A stretch of 64,000 nucleotides of DNA from Spirochaetia bacterium (GCA_963662795.1 OY759746.1:2368001-2432000), one strand, 5' to 3'; positions 1 through 10,257 are shown, counted from the stretch's first letter. Made by a program: numbers and translations. Notes: a model not told the origin generated them from the sequence alone.

Positions 1-2
1 CG

Positions 3-152
3 GCCCTTTCTCTTCCCCTGTTTGCTGTTGACCTGCCGGACGGCGGCGGCAAAGCAGCACTTGAGATGTCTTCAATTGTAAAAAAGGATGATGGTTTCTA
101 CCATATAAAAAGCGCTGATGGAAGAATTGCTCAATATCCTGTTGAGGATTGA
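3..152 (+). CDS. 3' end of a KamA-family radical SAM protein (lysine 2,3-aminomutase/EpmB-like), truncated by the window edge
   Basis: Frame 3 reads ALSLPLFAVDLPDGGGKAALE...YPVED*. P-x-(F/Y)-x-x-D-x-P-x-GGGK is the typical KamA C-terminal motif. Not in the ORF track. Confidence 0.7.
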   Translation, partial: ALSLPLFAVDLPDGGGKAALEMSSIVKKDDGFYHIKSADGRIAQYPVED

Positions 153-178
153 TTTTAATTTTCTCCCCAGGCCGCTGT

Positions 179-991
179 TCAGTTCTTTTTCCTTACAGCA
201 GAGACTACCGTAAGCACAGACAGCGTTATGAGATACGGCAATGCAAGTATTACAGTTGCCGGCATCCCGATAAACCCCTGTGTCCAGTTCGCAAGGCTTT
301 CGGCGGAAGCAAAAAGAATGCAGCTTAAAAAAACCCATTGCGGCTTTCTGTATCCAAGATAGATTGCTACCAGCGCAATCCAGCCCCGTCCGGATGATAT
401 GTTGGGGACAAATGCGCCTATCCTTGCGGCAAGGGACGCTCCTGCGATTCCGCAGAGGACTCCTGAGATAAGAAGCGCCGTATAACGGTAAAAATCAGGA
501 TTGATGCCCCTGTAATAAAGGACTGCTTCGGAAAGTCCTGCGACACGGCATCTCATCCCGTAAGGGGTATAATTTATAACATACCAGGATAGCGGCAGAA
601 GAAGCAGGGCGAACAGGGTAAAAAAATATGAGCTTCCCTGAATTGCAGTTTCCGCACGTATCACGCCGCCCCCTTTTACGAGGATTGTTGAAAATACTGT
701 TACAAGGCCGTATGCAAGCAGGTTTGCAGCAAGAGCTGATATAAATATGTTGGCCCTGAAGCGGAAAGAGAAGAATGCTGTTATGAGCGCAAGGAGAGAA
801 GAGGCGGCAACCGCTGCCAGCAGTCCCAGAACAATGCTTCCTGTCATGTTTGAAACTACAATTGCCCAGAAAGCCCCGATAAGGATCTGCCCCTCAAGTG
901 CTATGTTTAGGGATCCGCACAGTTCTGTAAACAGGCCGCCGATAGAGGCAAGAATATATGGTGTTGCTGTTTTAAAAATGTCTTCTATCAC
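179..991 (-). CDS. ABC transporter permease (nucleoside/sugar, BPD_transp_2)
   Basis: LNIALEG and GRGWIALVA motifs, hydrophobic. Start moved to GTG at 991 (VIEDIFK), preceded by AAGAGG SD. Confidence 0.9.
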   Translation of the reverse strand: MIEDIFKTATPYILASIGGLFTELCGSLNIALEGQILIGAFWAIVVSNMTGSIVLGLLAAVAASSLLALITAFFSFRFRANIFISALAANLLAYGLVTVFSTILVKGGGVIRAETAIQGSSYFFTLFALLLLPLSWYVINYTPYGMRCRVAGLSEAVLYYRGINPDFYRYTALLISGVLCGIAGASLAARIGAFVPNISSGRGWIALVAIYLGYRKPQWVFLSCILFASAESLANWTQGFIGMPATVILALPYLITLSVLTVVSAVRKKN

Positions 992-2021
992 CGGGGGCCT
1001 CTTTTGTAAAAAATTTGGCAGTAATAAAGAAAAAAACAAATGCCTGAAGTATCGGGCTAAGCTCAAACGGGAAGCCGGAATAAAGGACAATCCCTGAAAG
1101 TCCGCTTTCCATCCAGGATATGAATAATGCGGCCGGTATAATAAGCAGGGGATGATTACGCCCGATCAGCGACACTGCGATAGCGCTCCATCCGATTCCT
1201 CCTGTGCAGTTATACGCGCACATATAATATGTTCCAAGGGAGGCGAAACTGCCTGTTAATCCGTTTAAAAGTCCGCTTACAAGAAACGGGATTGTAATAA
1301 AATACTCTGTTCTCACTCCGCTGTAGATCGCAAAAAGCCTGCTTTTACCGCTTGTCCTGAGTTTGAGTCCGCTTGCTGTCCTGTAAAGATAGATATAATA
1401 TATTGCAGCTATTATTATTGCTGCTATAAAACTGATATTCAGTTTTGAGGGGGGAAGGAACTGTTTCAGCCGCAGTGCCTGGGGTATTTCCCTGGTTGTT
1501 ATGAGATAGCTTGCGGGATCTCCCATGGGGCCTGTTATCAGGTAGTTCACAATATGAATTACAGCGGCAGAGAGGAGAAATGAAGTTATAAGATCATTTG
1601 TATTCCATTTCATCTTCAGATAGCCTGAAACAGTTCCCATTGCCGCACCTGTAAGGGAGCCTGCAGCGATTGCCCCTGCAATAGCCAGAACAGGACTATA
1701 GGAAGAAAGCGCTATGGAAACCGCGGTTGCCGTAAAAACGCCGGAGTATATCTGCCCCTCTCCTCCAAGGTTGAACATGCCTGCCTTGAAAACAAGCGAA
1801 ATGCCGGAGGCGGAAATTATCAGCAGCCCTGCATAATTAAGCATGTTTCCAAGATAGAAATTATTGGAAAGCGGTGATGTCAGGAAGATATATAAAGTGT
1901 TTACAGGATTACTGCTTACTGCAGTTATTATAAGTACCAGACTGATAAAGGCGGCTGCCGGGGTTATCAGTGGACTAAAGATATCAGACCATTTTATACT
2001 GGATTTTTTCTGTGGATGCAA
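972..2021 (-). CDS. ABC transporter permease (nucleoside/sugar)
   Basis: FNLGGEGQ and GIGWSAIAVSLIGRNHP motifs, multiple TM segments. Confidence 0.9.
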   Translation of the reverse strand: MHPQKKSSIKWSDIFSPLITPAAAFISLVLIITAVSSNPVNTLYIFLTSPLSNNFYLGNMLNYAGLLIISASGISLVFKAGMFNLGGEGQIYSGVFTATAVSIALSSYSPVLAIAGAIAAGSLTGAAMGTVSGYLKMKWNTNDLITSFLLSAAVIHIVNYLITGPMGDPASYLITTREIPQALRLKQFLPPSKLNISFIAAIIIAAIYYIYLYRTASGLKLRTSGKSRLFAIYSGVRTEYFITIPFLVSGLLNGLTGSFASLGTYYMCAYNCTGGIGWSAIAVSLIGRNHPLLIIPAALFISWMESGLSGIVLYSGFPFELSPILQAFVFFFITAKFFTKEAPGDRRHF

Positions 2022-2034
2022 TTAATACTCCATG

Positions 2035-3546
2035 TCAGCGGTTTGCTTCCATTCCAAGCATCAGCCTTCCGATATTATAGCTGTTTATCTCATTGCCTTC
2101 AAGGAATCCCGCAATTTTACCCTCGTGCATTACAGCAGCCCTGTCTGAAAGGTCAATTATCTCTTCAATATCGGTTGAGATCATGATTATGGAAGTTCCC
2201 CTGTTTCTTAATTCAAGGATTGTATTGTAAATCATTTCCCTGCTTTGAAAATCAAGGTTCCAGGACGGCTCGCAAAATATAAGAAGCTTTTTAGCCTTAT
2301 GCATTTCCCTGAAAAGTATTACTTTCTGTATATTCCCGCCTGAAAGCTGCCAGAGCGGCTGTCCGAAAATAGCTTTGATGTCAAAAGAATCCCTTCCGAT
2401 GTTGAAAAAATCCAGTATCCTCTCTTTCCTGATAAAACCGTTTTCTGTGAAAGAGGCGATATCTGTAAAGGCCAGATTGTTCTCGACAGTTCCCGTAAGG
2501 CTTGTTCCCCTTCCCATTCTGTCTGAAGGGATGTATTTTATCCCTGCTTTCCTTAAGGTTCTTGTCGAGGAAATTTTTATTTCTTTCCCCATATAAAAAA
2601 AGTTCCCGCTTTGGACCTGAATAAAACCGCTTAAAAGGTCTTCCATGATGTCAAGATTTTTATCCCTGATTCCGGTAAAAGAGAGTATTTCCCCTTCCCG
2701 TACGGCAAAATTAAATCCTGTTTTATCATTACTGCTTTTTCCCGGAATAATATCTCTTGCCTCGAATACTTTTTCATCCCCGACGCTGTTTCTTTTTCCC
2801 GATCTTATTCCGTGAAAACTGCCGGAACTGCTTCCGATGATGAGGTCTGCGATACTGTCGATATCGGTTTTATCTGTGTCAAAAGTTCCTTTCAGTTTTC
2901 CCTTTGACAGAACAGATATCCTGTCCGCAGCAGACAGGGCTGTTTCTATTTTATGTGTAATAAATATGATTGTTTTTCCATTATCCTTTAATTTCCTCAT
3001 TATCCCGTAAAAATCCTGTGATTCAGCATCGCTTAAGGATGCAGTAGGTTCATCAAATATTATCACTTCAGCTTTTCTGTAGATCAGCGCAATAAGGATT
3101 GTAAGCTGCCTGGATTCCGGTGAAAGGGGAGTGCGGGAAATATCAATCTCAATACCGAATTGTCTTTTTATGGATTCAATTTCATTGATTGCTTTTTTTC
3201 TGTCTATCTTCTGAAAGCATTTTCCTTCTTTTCCTATAATTATATTGTCGAGAATGGAAAATCCGGGAACTATCCCAGGCTGCTGGTGAACCATTCCAAT
3301 CCCTTTTTTAAGCGCGTCGTGTGGAGAATTGAACGTCACCACCTCTCCCTTGTACCTGATAATACCGCTGTCCTGCGGCAGGAGCCCCGAGAGAATGTGC
3401 ATGAGGGTTGATTTACCTGAACCGTTTTCTCCGGCTATTGAATGTATTTCGTTTTCTTTAAGTTCAAAGTCAATTCCGCTGTTCGCAACTACATTGCTGC
3501 CTGGAAAAGCTTTCGAGATTTTTTCAGTTTTCAATAATATATTCAT
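2035..3546 (-). CDS. ABC transporter ATP-binding protein, tandem-domain CUT2 type
   Basis: Walker A GENGSGKS, IIFDEPT, second-domain LSGGNIQK. Confidence 0.93.
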   Translation of the reverse strand: MNILLKTEKISKAFPGSNVVANSGIDFELKENEIHSIAGENGSGKSTLMHILSGLLPQDSGIIRYKGEVVTFNSPHDALKKGIGMVHQQPGIVPGFSILDNIIIGKEGKCFQKIDRKKAINEIESIKRQFGIEIDISRTPLSPESRQLTILIALIYRKAEVIIFDEPTASLSDAESQDFYGIMRKLKDNGKTIIFITHKIETALSAADRISVLSKGKLKGTFDTDKTDIDSIADLIIGSSSGSFHGIRSGKRNSVGDEKVFEARDIIPGKSSNDKTGFNFAVREGEILSFTGIRDKNLDIMEDLLSGFIQVQSGNFFYMGKEIKISSTRTLRKAGIKYIPSDRMGRGTSLTGTVENNLAFTDIASFTENGFIRKERILDFFNIGRDSFDIKAIFGQPLWQLSGGNIQKVILFREMHKAKKLLIFCEPSWNLDFQSREMIYNTILELRNRGTSIIMISTDIEEIIDLSDRAAVMHEGKIAGFLEGNEINSYNIGRLMLGMEANR

Positions 3547-3554
3547 TTTCTCTT

Positions 3555-4637
3555 TCAGAAATGAGGCATTTCAAGCTTTACAGCTCCTTTTGATATCATC
3601 TCTTCTGTTTCCTTTATTTTTGCTCTCAGTTCTTCCGGCACAATTTTGATAAAGGCGGGATCATCATCCACAAAATACACATATCCTTCTTTAACTCCTG
3701 CAATATCGGCAGAGCCGAAAGGAAGTGTCCCTGAAACTGCTTTTTTTGTAATTTCGTAAGCAGCCTTATCCTGTTTTATTGCAGAACATCCCGCAACCTG
3801 TCCGTCCGAAAGCGAATATCCGTTATTGTCAAACCACAGAACATATTTCCCCTTGTCTTTCGCGGCCGAAAGAACGCCCTGTCCTGCGCCGCCCGCAATG
3901 GCAAGAATTACATCAATACCCGAGTTGTACATCTGCCCCGCGAGTTCCGCCCCTTTTGATGCATCATACCAGTTGCCGACTATTCTGAAATCCATCTCTA
4001 TTTCACTGTTAACAGATTTAAGTCCTTTCTCAAATCCCGGTTTGATTACATTATTCATCATTGGATACTCCTGCCCGGCAATGAGGCCTACTTTAAGATT
4101 TTTGTCTGCTCCCCTCATGTCTGATCCTGTCACAAGCGCGCCCATGACACCTATAAGATATGCCTGCTCATAGCTGTTATATAAAAAAGTGTAGATGTTG
4201 TTATTTCCTTTCAGATATCCGTCAAGTACAATAAATTTCTGTTCAGGATAGATTCCGGAAACCCTGCTGCATATTTCAGGCATTGCCGGATTTGAGGTAA
4301 TTATATATTTATAATTTTTTGTTCCGGCAAGAGCAGTCAGTTTGTTTTCCCACTCCCCCTGGTTGAATCCTGCTTCGAAAACAAGAACCTCTGCCTCCTT
4401 GTTTTCATCAGCTGCCTGTTGTACACCTGAAACAAGCATTTCGTAGGTAGGACTTCCTGCCGTTACTCCAGGAATAAATACTGCAATATTTATTTTCCCG
4501 TTTAACGCTTCGGATGAAGATGTTCCCTCTTTTTCTGCCGGCCCTGCACCTGCCGGTCCGCGGGAGTCTGTTTTCGCTGTACAGCCTGTAAAATAAATAG
4601 CAGTAAATATGATTAAGTAAAAAAAATATTTTTTCAT
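3555..4637 (-). CDS. BMP-family ABC substrate-binding lipoprotein (purine nucleoside-binding type)
   Basis: Lipobox YFTGC; GNWYDASKG and IAGGAGQGV motifs; first gene of the ABC operon. Confidence 0.88.
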   Translation of the reverse strand: MKKYFFYLIIFTAIYFTGCTAKTDSRGPAGAGPAEKEGTSSSEALNGKINIAVFIPGVTAGSPTYEMLVSGVQQAADENKEAEVLVFEAGFNQGEWENKLTALAGTKNYKYIITSNPAMPEICSRVSGIYPEQKFIVLDGYLKGNNNIYTFLYNSYEQAYLIGVMGALVTGSDMRGADKNLKVGLIAGQEYPMMNNVIKPGFEKGLKSVNSEIEMDFRIVGNWYDASKGAELAGQMYNSGIDVILAIAGGAGQGVLSAAKDKGKYVLWFDNNGYSLSDGQVAGCSAIKQDKAAYEITKKAVSGTLPFGSADIAGVKEGYVYFVDDDPAFIKIVPEELRAKIKETEEMISKGAVKLEMPHF

Positions 4638-4732
4638 TTGTTTTCTCCGGTATAATTTACAATAAAAATACGCATTGATATGATTCTAATCTTAATTAAA
4701 CAAAAAGAAAATAGTAAGATGACAACAGCTTG

Positions 4733-4762
4733 TTGACTCATAAATAATCAGTGTGTTATGGT
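4733..4762 (+). promoter_or_regulatory. Putative sigma-70 promoter of prs
   Basis: TTGACT-N18-TATGGT with TGn extension. Confidence 0.5.
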
Positions 4763-4792
4763 CAGCACAAAATTGAAAAATTGAGGTGGGAG

Positions 4793-6028
4793 ATGCGTTT
4801 TTCAAAACCTGTAAATCTCGGGATTGTAGCCTGTCCCGGGGCGGAACTATTTACGGATGATATTATTCTTCACCTGAAGAAAAACTATATAAAAAAGCAT
4901 AAAAAGAAAATTGAGCTTATTTCCAGAGCTTACGGACTGCCTCATGATGAAGTTGTAAAGCAGATAAATCTTTTAATAGATATTGATGATCCTAACCTTA
5001 CAATGTGCCCCGATATTGAAAAACACAGGGTTCCGGAGTTTAAAATCCCGGTTAAATACACACGATTTGCAAATGGAGAATTCAAGGCGGAGATACGTTC
5101 TTCTGTCAGGGGAATGGATGTGTTTATAGTCCAGGATGTTGAAAACCATTATCCGCTGAAAATCAATGATGACGGGTCAACGCATGTCTTATCTGTCAAT
5201 GACCATGTTTTTACCCTGTTCGCGACAATTGACGCGGTTATTCAGTCAGGGGCCAGCTCAGTCTCTATTGTTGTTCCGGCTTATCCATACGCCAGGCAGC
5301 ACAAACGCAAAGGAAGGGAAGCGCTCACTGCTGCCTTATTCGGCAGGATAGTTGAGAATATGGGCGTTTCCCGGATTATTACACTTGATATTCACTCCAA
5401 GGAAATTGAGAATTGTCTTAACAAATGCAGAATGGAAGATCTGCATGCTTCCTATCAGATAATCAGAACGCTGCTTAATTATGTTGACCTTGAAAAATCC
5501 GACCTTGTTATTGTTGCTCCTGATACCGGCGCTGTAGACAGGAATAAATTTTATGCGGGGAATTTAAACAAACCGCTCGCAATGCTGTATAAGGAAAGGG
5601 ATTACTCACGGGTTTCCCAGAACGCAAAATCAAGCAACATAACTTCAATGAGGCTGCTTGGAAATGTAAAAGGCAAGGTTGTTTTCATGGCCGATGATAT
5701 GATCGGAACCGGCGGTACAATGATCAAAGCGATGCAGCATTTAAGGGAGATGGGCGCTGAAAAAGTAATATGCGCGATAAGCCTGCCGTTCTTTACCGGT
5801 AATGCAATTGAAAATTTTGATGAAGCATTTAAAAAAGGATATTTCGACAAAATGATCGGGACAAACGCAGTCTACCATGATGAATCCCTGTATTCAAAAG
5901 ATTGGTATGTAAACGCTCACATATCCGACCTTTTTGCGAGGGTAATCTCACGTCTTAATCAGGAAAGAACACTTACGCCGCTGATTGACAACAGCAAGAT
6001 AATCCAGCGGCTTATCAAGAATTCCTGA
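4793..6028 (+). CDS. prs: Ribose-phosphate pyrophosphokinase (spirochaete type with N-terminal insertion)
   Basis: RFANGE, PYARQ, LDIHS, APDTG, DDMIGTGGT. Start moved to ATG 4793 after GAGGTGG SD. Confidence 0.95.
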   Translation: MRFSKPVNLGIVACPGAELFTDDIILHLKKNYIKKHKKKIELISRAYGLPHDEVVKQINLLIDIDDPNLTMCPDIEKHRVPEFKIPVKYTRFANGEFKAEIRSSVRGMDVFIVQDVENHYPLKINDDGSTHVLSVNDHVFTLFATIDAVIQSGASSVSIVVPAYPYARQHKRKGREALTAALFGRIVENMGVSRIITLDIHSKEIENCLNKCRMEDLHASYQIIRTLLNYVDLEKSDLVIVAPDTGAVDRNKFYAGNLNKPLAMLYKERDYSRVSQNAKSSNITSMRLLGNVKGKVVFMADDMIGTGGTMIKAMQHLREMGAEKVICAISLPFFTGNAIENFDEAFKKGYFDKMIGTNAVYHDESLYSKDWYVNAHISDLFARVISRLNQERTLTPLIDNSKIIQRLIKNS

Positions 6029-6048
6029 TGGGGAAAAGCTGATTTATT

Positions 6049-7437
6049 ATGGGAAGAAAAGGACAAAAGGTACTTACGGTAGATATCGGGACATCTTCAA
6101 TAAAAGCGGGAATAATTGACGAGAGCGGTGTTCTTAAATCCTGGCAGAGATCTTCCTATGATGAAGCAGGCGGTGATATTTACAACTGGAATACAAAAAC
6201 CTGGGTAACGGCACTTAAAAAAGCATTATGCAATCTTACCTATCTTGATGAAATTGAAGCTGTTGTATTCAGCGGAAACGGACCTACAATAATTCCTGTA
6301 ACGCGTGATGGAAAATACTCATCTGATTCTCTTTTATGGATAGATGACAAAAAAATCCCCCTTCCTGGAATAAAATCATTTTTTCTTCCCAAAATACTGT
6401 GGTTCAAAGAAAATCTGAAAAATAAATATCAGGATATATGCAGTTTTCTCCCTCTTTCCGGATTTTTCCCGTATCTGCTGACCGGTGAGCTCACCGCCCC
6501 AATTCCGAATATGGAATTCGCGTCATATCTCTGGGATGATGAATCAATTGTTAAAAGCGGGATTGACAAGAAAAAGCTGCCCCGATTTGTTTTAACCGGA
6601 GAGTTGATAGGCAGGGTATCCGCAGAGGCGGGCAAAGAGTATTACCTTAAGGAAGGGCTCCCTGTTTTTGCGGGAGCCAATGATTATCTGATGGCGCTTT
6701 TAGGCACAGGGGCTGTTTTTGAAGGTGCAGTCTGCGACCGGGCAGGTACTTCAGAAGGGATCAACTACACGACAGGCAGAAAAATCTATTGCGAAAGCTT
6801 AAGGTCGCTGCCTCATATTATTGACGGATTTGAAAATGTGTCAGGTGTTCTTGCCTCTTCCGGAATTATCTTTGAATGGTTCAGGAAGGTATCAGGACAG
6901 CAGGGGAAATCCTATCTGGCCCTGGTACGGGAGATTTCAGAGGTTATTCATAAAGAAGACAGTCTTTACTTTTTTCCCTCACTTAAGAAGGGGGCGGTAT
7001 GGCAATTCTCAAAAGGGGCTTTTGTCGGACTTGAAGCCAGACATGGAATCCTTGAAACTGGAAGCGCGGTTGTAAAGTCAATCGGGTTTTCGGTAAGGGA
7101 TGTAATTCAGTATATGGAATCATGTTCCCTTAAAATAGAGGAGATCAGACTTTCAGGCGGTCAGGCTAAAAACCCTCTCTGGAACCAGATGAAATCAGAC
7201 ATGATTGGGAAAAGAATTATTGTTCCGGAAATACATGACGGCGAACTGCTTGGATGCGCCTGTGTCGCATTCAAGGGGCTTGGTGTTTACAGTTCACTTA
7301 TCCGGGCGGCGCAGGAAATGGTACACATAAAAGAGGAATACAATCCGGACAGTACCTCTTATGACAGATTTTCCTGCCTGTTTGAAAAATATTCACAGAT
7401 GTCTGCCCGCATACAGCCTCTTGCTGAAACATTATAA
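6049..7437 (+). CDS. FGGY-family carbohydrate kinase (xylulokinase-like)
   Basis: VDIGTSSIKA, GTSE, LSGGQAKNPLWNQM. Confidence 0.88.
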   Translation: MGRKGQKVLTVDIGTSSIKAGIIDESGVLKSWQRSSYDEAGGDIYNWNTKTWVTALKKALCNLTYLDEIEAVVFSGNGPTIIPVTRDGKYSSDSLLWIDDKKIPLPGIKSFFLPKILWFKENLKNKYQDICSFLPLSGFFPYLLTGELTAPIPNMEFASYLWDDESIVKSGIDKKKLPRFVLTGELIGRVSAEAGKEYYLKEGLPVFAGANDYLMALLGTGAVFEGAVCDRAGTSEGINYTTGRKIYCESLRSLPHIIDGFENVSGVLASSGIIFEWFRKVSGQQGKSYLALVREISEVIHKEDSLYFFPSLKKGAVWQFSKGAFVGLEARHGILETGSAVVKSIGFSVRDVIQYMESCSLKIEEIRLSGGQAKNPLWNQMKSDMIGKRIIVPEIHDGELLGCACVAFKGLGVYSSLIRAAQEMVHIKEEYNPDSTSYDRFSCLFEKYSQMSARIQPLAETL

Positions 7438-7477
7438 ATTCCTTCTTGATTATCTTTATATATGGTAGATTATAACT

Positions 7478-9814
7478 ATGTTCAGTGAAAAACATGACAA
7501 GCAAAAACATCTTTTCAGATACTCCGAGATTGTTTTTCCCAAAAAGATCATAATAAATTTTTTCCTGAGTTCTGCCCTTGCTATTTACGCTTTTTTCAGC
7601 GTAGCGTTTCTTCTTCACGGCTGGGCATTAAAAAGAAACGAGGCAGTATTTAATCAGCAGCAGGTTCTTCAGGTACTGTTGTCCAAACAGGCAGTCGAGG
7701 AAAGCATTTATGAAATGTTTTATAATCTTGATGTAATTCAGCGGTATTTCAGGGACGATATTCTTAACAGAAATGCGGATGAAGAAAAAAACCGGCTTTT
7801 CCAGTTTCTCCAGACAAGCAAGCAGGAGATCATAGGTTTTCTTGTTTCCTATTCCCCCGGTAAAATTGCCTATTCCAATCTCTCAACAGGCGAAAGGGAG
7901 GAGGTTTCAAAATATGTCGGAAGCGTCTGGCTTGATAATTACTGGAAAGAGATCAAAAAATCAGGAACAGAACCTGATCCCTATTTTTTTTATATTTCAC
8001 ACAACTATCAGCTTATTGGAAATATTATCCCTGTGTGGGAAGCAGGTCAGCTTAAGGGGCTTCTTTGCGCAGTTGTTGATCTCAAACCGGTGATAAACAG
8101 ATTTATTTTCCCTATGAGTATGGGTGAATACGGAACAGGCACCTTCCTGTCCGGGGATGGAACCATAGTTTTTGCTGAAAATACTGAAAATATCGGGGAA
8201 AATATTTTCAGCCTGAATCTTTTTGACCCGCCGATGATGAAAAAAGTGAATAATACTGTGCTGCAGCAGACGCTTGGAAGCGGTGAGATCAATTTTCTTG
8301 ACAGAGAAGGGAAAAGAGAAAGAAGCCTTGCTGCGTGGCATTCAATGAATATCGGAAAGCAGAAGCTCATCCTTCTGCTGACTGCGACAGATCAGCAGGT
8401 AAATGCTGCCCTGTTTGAATTCCAGTTTCAGATAATTGCGCTTGGAATTGCACTTGTAATTGCTGTAGTCTCGATAAATTTTGTACTTATCGCATCGCGG
8501 AAAAAGATAGTCCAGGAAAATGCGCGGCATCTTGAAGTGCTTGTTCAGCAGAGAACTGATGAGCTCGCGATAAGCGAGTTAAGATATCAGGCTGTTTTTC
8601 AATCCGCAAATGACGCCATTCTTATAGTAATGGATAACAGGATAGTCAATTTTAACCGCAAAGCACTTGAGATGTTCGGATATGAAGAAAGTGAGTTCAG
8701 AAATAAATCACCGCTTGAAGTTTCAAAAACGAATGTCGACGCTACCCTGCCTCAGGATCAGCTCTCAGTTTATATGAACGAAGCGCTGAACGGGAATCCT
8801 CAGTTTTTCGAATGGCAGCAGGTAAGAAAGGACGGGTCTGTTTTTGATTCTGAGGTCAGTGTTTCCCGTCTTGACCTTGGAGAGGCTCCTTTTCTGCTTT
8901 CCATAATCCGCGATGTAACAGAAAGAAAGAAATCGCAGAAAGAACTGCAGAAGCTCAACGCCGAACTTGAGAAGAGGGTCCTTTTAAGGACAGCTGAACT
9001 TGAAGATTCCAATATTGCCTTAAAGGATTCACTGGGAAAACTCAGGGAAACTCAGAAGAACCTTGTGGAAGCGGAAAAAATGGCTTCTCTGGGCCTTCTT
9101 GTAGCTGGAGTCGCGCATGAAATAAATACACCTGTCGGAATAAGTATTACTGCTGCGTCGTATTTAATGCAGCAGACAGAGGAAATGGGGTTGAGATACA
9201 ATGAGGGGAACATTAAAAGGTCTGAGCTTGAGAATTATATAACGACGGCCCGGGAATCCTCAAAAGTACTGCTCGAAAATCTTGAAAAAGCTTCAAACCA
9301 TATCAGCAGTTTTAAAAAGGTTGCTGTAGATCAGGCAAGCCGGGAAAAGCGGACATTTAATCTTAAAAGATATATAAATGAAGTTTTAATGAGTCTCCAG
9401 CCGGTTCTTAGGAAAACAAACCACACAATTACAGTAAACGGCCGTGAAGATATGGAATTTGAAAGTATGCCCGGCGCTCTTTCCCAGGTAATCACGAATC
9501 TTGTGATGAATTCCCTGAAACATGGATTTGAAGGTATTGAAAGCGGCAGAATCGTAATTGATGCTGATTTTGACGGTACCAAAGCATCAATCCGGTATTC
9601 AGACAATGGCATAGGCATGGATACCGTGACAAAAGATAAAATATTTGAACCGTTTTTTACAACAAAAAGAGGTTCCGGCGGCAGCGGACTGGGTATGCAT
9701 ATTGTATATAATATTGTAACACAGAGCCTCAGGGGAGAGATAACCTGTAAAAGTTCTCCGGGCAACGGCACAATTTTTTCAATTTTGTGGCCGGTTGGCA
9801 TAAAACAGGCATAG
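7478..9814 (+). CDS. Membrane sensor histidine kinase (TM-Cache-like-TM-PAS-HisKA-HATPase)
   Basis: H-box GVAHEINTP, NLVMNS, DNGIG, FEPFFTTK, GSGLG; PAS segment before the coiled coil. Confidence 0.93.
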   Translation: MFSEKHDKQKHLFRYSEIVFPKKIIINFFLSSALAIYAFFSVAFLLHGWALKRNEAVFNQQQVLQVLLSKQAVEESIYEMFYNLDVIQRYFRDDILNRNADEEKNRLFQFLQTSKQEIIGFLVSYSPGKIAYSNLSTGEREEVSKYVGSVWLDNYWKEIKKSGTEPDPYFFYISHNYQLIGNIIPVWEAGQLKGLLCAVVDLKPVINRFIFPMSMGEYGTGTFLSGDGTIVFAENTENIGENIFSLNLFDPPMMKKVNNTVLQQTLGSGEINFLDREGKRERSLAAWHSMNIGKQKLILLLTATDQQVNAALFEFQFQIIALGIALVIAVVSINFVLIASRKKIVQENARHLEVLVQQRTDELAISELRYQAVFQSANDAILIVMDNRIVNFNRKALEMFGYEESEFRNKSPLEVSKTNVDATLPQDQLSVYMNEALNGNPQFFEWQQVRKDGSVFDSEVSVSRLDLGEAPFLLSIIRDVTERKKSQKELQKLNAELEKRVLLRTAELEDSNIALKDSLGKLRETQKNLVEAEKMASLGLLVAGVAHEINTPVGISITAASYLMQQTEEMGLRYNEGNIKRSELENYITTARESSKVLLENLEKASNHISSFKKVAVDQASREKRTFNLKRYINEVLMSLQPVLRKTNHTITVNGREDMEFESMPGALSQVITNLVMNSLKHGFEGIESGRIVIDADFDGTKASIRYSDNGIGMDTVTKDKIFEPFFTTKRGSGGSGLGMHIVYNIVTQSLRGEITCKSSPGNGTIFSILWPVGIKQA

Positions 9815-9843
9815 ATTAAAAATTAATAATATATTATATTCTA

Positions 9844-9872
9844 TTGACAAAACAGGGCATGTCTGTTAATTT
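9844..9872 (+). promoter_or_regulatory. Sigma-70 promoter of the tRNA-Thr-rpmG-tRNA-Trp-secE-nusG unit
   Basis: TTGACA-N17-TAATTT with TGn extension. Confidence 0.7.
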
Positions 9873-9909
9873 TTCACACGTTATCCAGCCGTCTAATCGG
9901 GACAGGTAT

Positions 9910-9982
9910 GCCCTTGTAGCTCAGTCGGTAGAGCACCTCCATGGTAAGGAGGGGGTCACCGGTTCAAATCCGGTCGAGGGCT
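9910..9982 (+). tRNA. tRNA-Thr (GGT)
   Basis: Acceptor GCCCTTG/CGAGGGC, D-arm GCTC..GAGC, anticodon stem CCTCC/GGAGG around ATGGTAA, T-loop GGTTCAAATCC; CCA not encoded. Confidence 0.97.
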
Positions 9983-10074
9983 GATCATACTTAAATTGTA
10001 CGCTGGTTTTTAACCGGTTAAACCATGCAGGTTTAACTATACTGGTTTAACCATATAATATAGGAGATTCTGAT

Positions 10075-10251
10075 ATGGCATCCAAAAAGAAAGGGAATGT
10101 TGAACTTATTGCTCTCCAGTGTTCAGAGTGTAAGAGAAAAAACTATACAACGAAGAAAAACAGAAAAAATACACAGGCAAAGATGGAATTCAGTAAATAC
10201 TGCAAGTTTGACAGAAAACATACATTGCATAAAGAAACTAAAATTAAATAA
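10075..10251 (+). CDS. rpmG: 50S ribosomal protein L33 (Zn-ribbon form)
   Basis: [29 protein letters not shown]...[17 protein letters not shown]; AGGAG SD; below the ORF-track cutoff. Confidence 0.96.
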   Translation: MASKKKGNVELIALQCSECKRKNYTTKKNRKNTQAKMEFSKYCKFDRKHTLHKETKIK

Positions 10252-10257
10252 TTTTTT

